64,000 nt of DNA from Catajapyx aquilonaris. Lineage: Eukaryota. This document shows, piece by piece, positions 55,109 through 64,000 of this stretch (positions are counted from its first letter, which is position 1; each line of letters opens with the position of its first letter). The translations under genes were made by a program, and so were the position numbers. Below the pieces are notes generated by a model that saw nothing but the letters and a program-made list of their open reading frames with translations, ran no database searches and was not told where the DNA came from. The stretch is from the NCBI GenBank assembly GCA_000934665.2, contig KZ538012.1, positions 1-64,000 of the forward strand, read 5' to 3'.

Positions 55109-57020
55109 TAGTACTGTATAATAGTCAAGTCTTCGGATAAAGTTCAAACATTTATACATAGAGTGGCTCTTGGTTCTGTCATTTTAGAGTATGCAGTTTT
55201 ACACCGAATTAATTCCGAAGCTGTGTGTTGAAGACAAAGGAAAAGTGCCAACAAGTAGGATGAGATTAGGTACCGGTAACAATTATCTTTTCTCCCCCTT
55301 TTTGAAGCCACATCATCCTGTTATCCTTCGTGAATAGCACGCTGCATTAATTTTTATGGCGTTTAAACAGCCATGAATGTTATTATACCTCGAGGAAGCT
55401 CTCTTCTTAGTAGAGCAAATACAGATTCTCCTGAAAACTGATACGCAGGTTAATTTAGTTTCCTTCTGGAGAGTTGACAGCCCTTCACATTCCTCCATCC
55501 ATGGCTTGGATACGCACAGAAGCATTTTGTGCCGGGTAATCGACAGGGGGGGAAAAAAAGTGTATGTTGGTTTAGGCGAAATGAAAGCAACCAAGCCATT
55601 AGAGGCAAGACCGAAACCTAATTTAAGGGTGGAGCCTGAAAGCTCCCCGAGGGCGCCACTTATCCGCAATAACGCTTTCAGTTCTAAACAAGTTTCTAAC
55701 CGCTTCCCAATCGAATTCCCTCCGCTTTGTCCAATCATCTCTATACATCGTCCCCGCCTTCTACGTCACCTGATGAGAAAATTGTTTCAGTGGCTTGAAA
55801 AATGCAATCAGAAGGGAAGTCGTGCAATTGTCGTGTGTCCACTGTGATTATTATTCTGCCAAGATTTATGCATGTCATAAAAATGTGGAGTGAATTATGT
55901 TGATGAGGATATGAGTAGATGACAAAGTTGGACGAAAAATGGCGGGATGGCGCTTCAAAATTAGGGGTGTGTTGTGATATGTCGATCATTATTTATTGGA
56001 ATTCTCAGTTTAAGTGATTGGTATATTTCTGCTGGTGGTACAGTCAATGAAGCGCAGTCACTTTACAAGCAAAATATTAGTTCGTACAAGTGCTGGTTGC
56101 TGTATACTTTGTGCAAAGAGCTTGTTATTTGCGCAAAGTAACCTGCGCATGAATGTTCTTTTAAATACCCAGATCAAAATATTTTTCAGTGAAAAATAAT
56201 TTTTTTACCATAATAATTAATCTGTCACGCAAGATATGTAACAGAAGCCCCTGAAAAACTCCATAACTTAAAAGTTCTGAATAACATTGAAGGATATTTT
56301 GTTTGGTCAATTTTTTGTATAGTAGATTCTATGATTATTCTTTACTACATGCTGGACACGCCAGAGAAGCTTGAATAATCAGGAAAACTATCCAGTACAG
56401 TAATGTTCAGAACGTGTGTATTGGTCAGATATTTTGAACGAAACTACTGTGCAGCAGCAGTACTGGACGTACTGTATGTAGCCAGTTGCTAGTTGTTGTG
56501 AATTGCCTGAAAACCTAGGTTAATGCACACGGTATAACATGTATGATTATGACCATTATTCAACCATTTTGAGGTCCTGTCACAGTGGAGATTATCGTGG
56601 ATCTCCACACATTATGTTATTTTCCACCTGAGAACAAAGCTAGCCAGTTTATAATAATAAAACCACACAGTGAAATGGTGCACGACTGCAAACAGCTGAA
56701 TAAACAGAATCAGCAGCAAAAACAATAAGCCATCCACAGGGTACGAGGGTGGAAGTAGGAGATTTTACGATTACAGTAGGTGGACGGGTTCTGCCTCAGT
56801 TTAATCTTAGCACTTAGCAAGGAAGCGAACGAATTCAAGGAACGAGCTTCCATTCCGTCGTTCTGGTTTTAGACAATAAACCCCTGTTATCCTCTATAAT
56901 ATTTACTGTGAGGTAGGTCGCAGAAAGATGGGCACAATGTGATATGGACATCGCATCTTCGTGTAATTTTGAAGTTAGTCACCAGATGATACCATAAAAA
57001 ACGTTTCCTTGCTCTATGAA

Positions 57021-57024
<4 letters not shown>

Positions 57025-57109
<85 letters not shown>

Positions 57110-57382
57110 GTCATACCCCGTTATCAGCCATCGGCTCTTTAGGGGGGAAGTTTGTTTTGCCTGGAACTCTTTGCTTTCATTTTACTGTGCTCTTTGGGAT
57201 AGGATAGGGACGGAAGGAAGCGGCTGTGGCCTATTAATTACGGAAGCAACTCCGGAATTCTCCTGGAAGGACCGTGGGAAACCACAGAAAGCCACGGTCA
57301 GAGTTGCCGGCCCCGGGATTTGATCCCAGGACCTCCCGATTAGCAGTCGGACACCATATCCCCTCCTCCAAACTGCTTCGGT
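57025..57382 (-). mobile_element. SINE family A, copy 6, with long (TTA)n tail
   Basis: 14-bp TSD GCTCTATGAAAATA (57011-57024, 57384-57397). Confidence 0.95.
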
Positions 57383-59829
57383 CGCTCTATGAAAATATTG
57401 GCCATATGGTTTCAGAAAAATATCTGGATATCAGCAAAAACAATAATAATTATCCCCGTAGTACATGTGTCATAATATTATATTAAGCTTAACAAAAAAT
57501 TAAATAACACGATAACCAATTTCGCAGAAGATATATACTCCACGGTCAGTGACCGAGCAAGAGAGTGAGTACACGAATACGGAATAATTACCCAGCAATA
57601 GTATAGAGCGTACTGGTACTGTACAGTACACACCTGCGAGATAGGCGTTACCATGGTGATGGGAGCTCTGTGCAGGTGTTGAGGCTTTCCTCCCATTTTT
57701 TCGAACTAGTGCTCAAATCGATTATGCGAGTACTACGTTTGTGCATTATGATGAACTCGGACCCACAGTAATTTGCCATCATAGTATGCCCTGCTGTTGT
57801 TTATTGAGAAGGCAGTTTATTTACTATGAATTATGTAACAGGATTTCATAAGTACAGTAGAACTTGTAGATGCTCTTTTGTCAAATAATTACAAGACTGT
57901 AGTGGGATCCTCAATATTTCGTACCATGAGGTATGCACGAATCCATCCTGACCTCTGCAGTACTTAAAGCACGAATATATTTTTTTTAAATCAAGATTTA
58001 TTGAGAGAAGCCATTGACCTGATGATGTTTTCGTTTTAATTGCCATTGTGCTCATAAGTATATATTTCCCCCTTGCTCCAAAATGGAATGGCTGGAATCG
58101 ATATGCTGGTCCGAAAAGTACTGTAGTTGGTGCCGTAGAGGAGTGATTTTGGGTTCCGAATGGGCTCAACAGCTGCAGGCCTTTCCCTCACGACTCCAGG
58201 AATAGCAGCCATAACGGTGAATAGGACTATACCCTGATGCGCGGTTATGATTTTGAGATGGAATGGTACAGTAGTAACGAGCAAAATTCCCAGACTAGCT
58301 GGAATACCAGGGACTCACCCATCCTATCCATCAGTCATCCATCTGCAGTATATCTATCCATCCATTCTAGTATTCAACACCAGCATAGCCTTGACTTTTT
58401 GCATTCATTTCTGCTGAATTTAGGGGAGGACTGTAGGGGGGTGGGGGTGGGGGTTCATCGATCATTTTTGAGTCGGCATTTGGAACTCTTCGGGAGGACC
58501 GCCTCTCTGATAAATTAGCACCTAATCCACTAGTGGTGTGCCCTTCAAGTTTGACTTTGACACTACTGCAAAAACTTTTCAAGCCAGGACTGTCGACTGT
58601 AGTTACGTTGCAGTAGAGGGTTGGTAATCTATCTCGAACAATGAACATGTTGGTGCCCACTGAAGTTTTGGACATTTCAGTGAGATCGGTTGAATATGGA
58701 CGTGTTTGTTTATGCATTACTGTCGTATAAATGGGAACTTGATTCAAATTCTGTTTATTAAATGTCCGAGCTCTAAATACTCATGAATGTGACGTGATAC
58801 AATAATTTTGCTATGTGGCGGTGAAAATCACTTGCATCACACATCAGTACTACAGGATGGTCATAAAATGCCTTTAGAATGGCTAACTGTTATTTTTAAA
58901 TATGAGGTTTAAAATGGATCACATTTTCATGAAAAGAATAGTCAGTGAACAACAAAAGTGCAAGCAAAACTATGACACAACTTTCACACTATTTTGAAAA
59001 TTCACACGTAATAGTGAAAAAAGGTGCAATTTCATTTCCAAAAAAAAAAAAAATGTAAATGTCCTTTAAAGAAATCATTTTTTTATTACTTCTGGTGTTC
59101 CCACAAAAATAATGGCCGTGCCATTGTAAGGTCCATCAGTGAGTTACACAGTGAATAGAGCATTTGAATTCAGTATGTTTTACATATTAAAGCCTCTATA
59201 TAGGTCACCCTGATTAGGCCTATATATCAATCTGTGACGACAAATTTTTGCTTCTGCCAAAGTGCTAGAGACTTTTGCAGAGTGAGGAAGATATGAAGAG
59301 CAAAGCTCCAGTTTTTATATGCGTATCACTGTCACGAAGGCGACAGACAGGATAACTTCAAACGCTCGACAGAGGCCGAGTAAACACGTCTGTGTTGCTT
59401 TGCGAGCATCGCTGTCACCACCACCCCAGTCAAACACATAGCTGATTTTTTAAAATCACACCCGGTCCTACTGTGGGTGTGTAACTTTGACCCTTCCTGT
59501 CACAACATTTTTATTTGATATGGAGACTTAAATGGCTATGCGAGTCGGGGTATTTAATCGCCTAAATATTTTAAACGCATAATTGTCAGCAAATTTAGTC
59601 ATGTAAATAACTGCTACACTGAAAAATAGCTTATTAACATGTAGTCTGTATACGCAAGTGTAAGTGCTTTCTAATCACACTGGGATCGATATAACTTATA
59701 GTATAAAAAGCAACCATAATAATTTACGCGATCTATATGAAACAGATGAAATAATAGTCATACGCAAAGATTTACCGAAATAAGAGCACACAGATGTCAC
59801 TGGTAGCCCTCATATGAAAAACCACGGAA

Positions 59830-60200
59830 GCGAATCGAACATAACTCATTGCTTATGAAGACTACCCCGTTCCTTTTTGCAGTAAATGTCCGGAGCGGTC
59901 TCTCTGTATTTTTTCAACCGAAGCCAAGTAGCCAATTGTACAAAGTGCTAAATCAACAAATCCAATGGGATCTGCCTCTCTGCTTCGCTTGATTTATCGC
60001 AGCCAAACCTCCGCATTGGCAAAGCCATTTTATATCCTTGCCATCCGAACCGAAACACTTTCTTTAATATCTCTCTGAGGAAACTGCATACTTTTCTTGA
60101 CCTTTGCCTTTATTTTCTTGTGACCTTTTTAACATGGGAGGAAATGCCCAGTAGCCGAAACATATAAAGTTCATTTGCTTTTTGAAGAGAGATGTCAATA
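59830..60200 (-). pseudogene. Highly decayed LINE reverse transcriptase C-terminal fragment
   Basis: HVKKVT..RKVCSFLREILK ... YLASVEKIQR resembles the LINE pattern LGFL.RN...LE.IQRRA; many disruptions. Confidence 0.35.
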
Positions 60201-62027
60201 GCAGAGGAAAAATATTGTGTAATAAATTATTGTTGCTTTAGACATGATGGTAATTTTTTTAAACTCCCGTGGAGAATTGGTTTTTTTTGCGNGGGGCCTG
60301 ATTGCAGTTTGCACGCTGGGTTAATAAATATTAATTTCTCTTGCACGAGAAGGTAGGGGCCACTCGCAGCCCATGAAAAATGCGCGTGTGGGCTTTGTTA
60401 GATGGCTCGTGACCAAAATTTCCCCCCATCCTGGGAAAATCGGATATAAAACATATGTGATGTTTTTTTTTTTTAAAGTCCACATTCAATTTCAGTGGAA
60501 AAGTTATTTTGAAATTCGTTCCGCATTTACAGTATATATCACCGAGCACTGTGCGTGCTCTGAGGATATTAAGAGTTTTTCACATTGTAGCCATTTAAGC
60601 TTTTTAGTCATGCTATTTTAGTAAATTAACTGTATATTTTAAATGTTAGGTTTTTATCGCACATGTATATTAGTCAGTAAGTTGTAGGATGATGTTATAT
60701 GATGTTTCTGGACTGTTTCACTAAGCTTCCAGGCTCATAGTGTATGTGTAAGAGTACATTCAAGGAAAGGGATTATCTAATGCAGGTAAGGCATATTAGA
60801 TATATTAAAGTTTATTGTTATAAGTAATGCCCCAGGATATAGGTGTTTTCGTGCTTCCACAGATCTGTACTTACTGTAGCCAACTGTAATTGACCGCTCA
60901 AGCGAAAAGTTCTCTGGCACAGAATCAGCAGTTGTGGCAAGAAAAAGGACTGCAACATTCATGTCTTTTTTGAAAGATATATTCCAAAATGTTCAGATTG
61001 TCTTTCCTGCCTGGTTCCTCTGAGATTTGGACACGGAACTTCTGAATAGATTAGCCATGTCTATCTATGATTAGAGTTTGCCTGATTCATGAGTATTGTT
61101 ACCAGTAGTATATTATATGATACGTTTACATTTCCTGATCATTGTCCAGCTTCTGATGGTTGTTTACCATGTCCGCTCGTCGTCCGACAAATAATGTGAT
61201 ACCCAGTGATTGACCTGTGGATTCTTAGGAAACCTTTTTGTGAAAATAATCCGACTTGATTCATTGCTATACTAGGTTTTCACAAATGGAGGGAATGGAA
61301 AGAATTCCGGCGAAAACACCCACGCAAGAGCGAATGAAAACATGGTTCTCTCCACTTAAAGTATTCTTTTTCAAGTCAAGCTATACTTAGAGACTGACCT
61401 AGAACGATAGAGCGTCACCTATATGGCTATATGAGTAATAGCCGGCTATGCCTATGACCTCTCCAGATCAGCCTCAGGTGACATGATTTCTAATGGATTG
61501 ATATAATGGAGAAGCACTTTTGCTTAATTGTGGTAAATGCGGGTATTGTTACGGCTACGTGGGATACCTAATATCCTCCCACACAGGCTTTTGGGAAGCA
61601 TAACAACCTCATCGACCTTCTACTAATCCTAGACGTTCTAGACTTTCCTCTTTTTGTATTGGTAGGGCATTGATATAAAATAATACACTCTCAATTTCGC
61701 CAAGCAAACTAACTTCCGGCTGCATTGGTTAACCGGATGTCGCTTACAAAATAATTTAGTCACGTTAATTACTTGCACAATGGTACTTGCAAAGCCAGAT
61801 CAATGACACTCGGGAATACCTGCAACAGAGTGATGTGGGAGTGATGGGAGTCAATGAGGGGATGGAGGTACCACATCACAAAAATGAACATCACACATAC
61901 CTGCACGCTTATCTTATGTAAAAATGGTCTGACAAACGTATCCTGGCGCAGTGTCGCCATGCAATAATTGGCATAATAAGAAGGTTAAAGGGGTAGAAAA
62001 ACCCTTCACCTTGTTACAATGCTGGTA

Positions 62028-62291
62028 CAGTGTTGGACATTAATCGTGACATACTGCTAGCGACATTTTCTGATGCGGCAGAAGTGCAAATCGAAGTGAT
62101 AGAGTGTGAGCCGTGCGAGTAAGAAGAGGTAGGCCTTGAGTGACGTCACGTGCTGGGGGGCAATGGAGAAAAGGCTTGTCCCCCAGCCAGTGACGTCACC
62201 CAACGACTACCATTTCTTACTCGCACGACTCGCACTTCGATTTGTACGTCTTCCGCATAAGAAAATGTCGCTAGCAATATGTCCAGTACTG
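62028..62291. mobile_element. Palindromic Tc1-like MITE carrying two TGACGTCA motifs
   Basis: TA|CAGTGTTGGACAT..TGCTAGCGACATTTTCT ... AGAAAATGTCGCTAGCA..ATGTCCAGTACTG|TA; TGACGTCA at 62141 and 62191. Confidence 0.9.
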
Positions 62292-63149
62292 TACAGAAGT
62301 TGTATAGCGTCAAGATTGTCCGAAACTTAGGTGGTAATTATCGAGACTGCTACCATAATTAATCATACAGAAAATATATGGCGTGGTTACTGATACCATG
62401 CATTTTTGAATATTCGGAAACCATTTCCGTTTCCGAGTTTTATTCCTTTCTATGAACTTTCTCTAACCAAACTAATGATCACGTGTTAATGGAATGATCA
62501 CCACCACTGATTTCTCCACCAATATCTGAATATCAAATGCGATTCTGCTGAACTAGAGACAATATGTATACACACAGTTGATACTGTAAGAACAATCTGC
62601 GCCACCACAGAAAGTTTGCGTGAGGAACATGTGCAAAAAATCTCAGGCTGCTAAGGGATCCAGCACTTTGGACACGCACTTTACAGGGCGGGCCACCCCA
62701 TCCCCACCACTTCAACCACCCAGCACAGCACGATACGAAACGTCCACACTATAATTCCTCGCTCGATGCCGATTTTCTTCCCGGAAAACACCTTTATTTT
62801 CTCTAGGATGACAGGATCTGCATTATATTCAGGTTCTGACCTTTCATGAAACCAGTTTCAGGGACACGTCTCCAAAGAAATGTTCGGTTGGTAAGTGCTT
62901 TGTAAAGAGTATAGGTATTGTCGGCTCGTATTTGCTCGTACGTGACAGGTTTATCGGTCCAAGAAAATATACTTTTATACGAAGAATGGTAAAAATCAAT
63001 GTTATGCATCCCAAAGGGACCATCTCTTTGTATGTGACGTTACAGTTATTTTTCAGTCTAGACCTTATGCTGTACAATATTGGGTACTAGATGCAAGTAA
63101 TGTTTTAGAAAATAATGTAACATTTTATGTAGGAAACAGAAAAATGGAG

Positions 63150-63900
63150 GAAGAATGGTACATCTCACAGGAGACGGGAGGCACTTCCTCTTACGTTATA
63201 CGCTCAACCTGGCACTGTTTTCTCTAGAGTCCAGACGAATCCGGCCTTCCAAGTCAGAAGTTCTCACTTGGCCTATAGTAAAGCTACCCCAGTCGTTTAA
63301 AGTCTCAGAAACAGATTCGGAATAATACAGAAGAAGAAGTGTTCTCTGATTTATGTTCCTGTGCAAATGTAAGACAAAATTCTCCTAGTTGGTGTTGGAT
63401 ATTTTGGCTACATTAGGGAAATAATAGCTTCTTCATTTTTGTTTTGTTGCCCATGTGAATAATTGAGAATATCCTGTTGTGGTACCTAGATTCCATCCAT
63501 GGGTTTAAAAATCTTGGTATGGGATGATATTTCATAGAACATCAATTCGATAATCTATAGGTGACCTGTGTTTTTATTCGGAATATGGAAATCCTTTATT
63601 TTCGACATCCAATTGGTTTCTGTATTTATTGCTGGCTTTGTAGCATTCGTGTAGTCACATGAATCTCTACCCTAGTGCAAAATCCTTGAAATGGTCCCAC
63701 TATGTCATTGATATATTGCAGTGTCCTTTGTGACGGATCAACCGGAAGATTATAAGATTTAGGCAGTAAAATAAATTGCACAGCACAAGAGTTCCTATAC
63801 CCCTATCGCTGTGGCCATATAAGCCAGTCTTATATCAATCCGAACTGATCGTTTTGAAGGCTGACATAAGAGATCAGAAAATATTGCATTTCAACATCGC
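63150..63900 (-). pseudogene. Highly decayed LINE (possibly I-group) reverse transcriptase fragment
   Basis: Minus-strand QYINDIV (RT YIND motif) followed by remnants resembling LG..LD..L.W and LD(W/Y)GS; heavily frameshifted. Confidence 0.35.
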
Positions 63901-64000
63901 TTTATAATAATATTAGCTAGCTCTTCTCCTTTCATCCCTCCATCTCTCCGATACTAACTGGTTTCGTATTATGCGTTTTATATAACTGAAGCTGCATCTG

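Noticed and set aside
55313..55847. Overlapping 156-aa and 141-aa ORFs on opposite strands
   Set aside because: No recognisable domain or convincing splice signals; probably chance ORFs or decayed repeat sequence in the eag intron.
57705..57780. SAQIDY peptide as a possible eag exon 2 (NAQIVD)
   Set aside because: The flanking residues do not match the Eag PAS sequence (SFLLANAQIVDFPIVYCN).

Overview
Eukaryotic, repeat-rich animal DNA, most likely an arthropod with a large genome. This is inferred from GT-AG introns, tRNA-derived SINEs, Tc1/mariner and hAT MITEs, and an arthropod-type Eag N-terminus. Two host genes are supported. (1) A complete five-coding-exon UDP-glycosyltransferase (UGT) gene on the minus strand (1914-4682, about 548 aa after splicing), with a candidate non-coding first exon near 10819-10985. 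(2) The first coding exon of the ether-a-go-go K+ channel (eag; [26 protein letters not shown], 53577-53655, plus strand). The ORF track misses this exon, it carries upstream ATGs, and I could not find its next exon in the window. Nearly everything else is intergenic or intronic and filled with mobile DNA: three tRNA-headed SINE families (one with a V-domain-like core) that share or swap 3' tail modules, many palindromic MITEs with TA or 8-bp target-site duplications (TSDs), decayed mariner/Tc1/hAT transposases, decayed LINE fragments, a foldback-like tandem-plus-inverted repeat upstream of the UGT, and microsatellites. There is no CRISPR array, rRNA, credible functional tRNA or prokaryotic-type system. 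I did not find a clearly novel biological system. The best leads are the modular SINE tail system, the uORF arrangement of the eag leader and the in-frame stop-free UGT intron.
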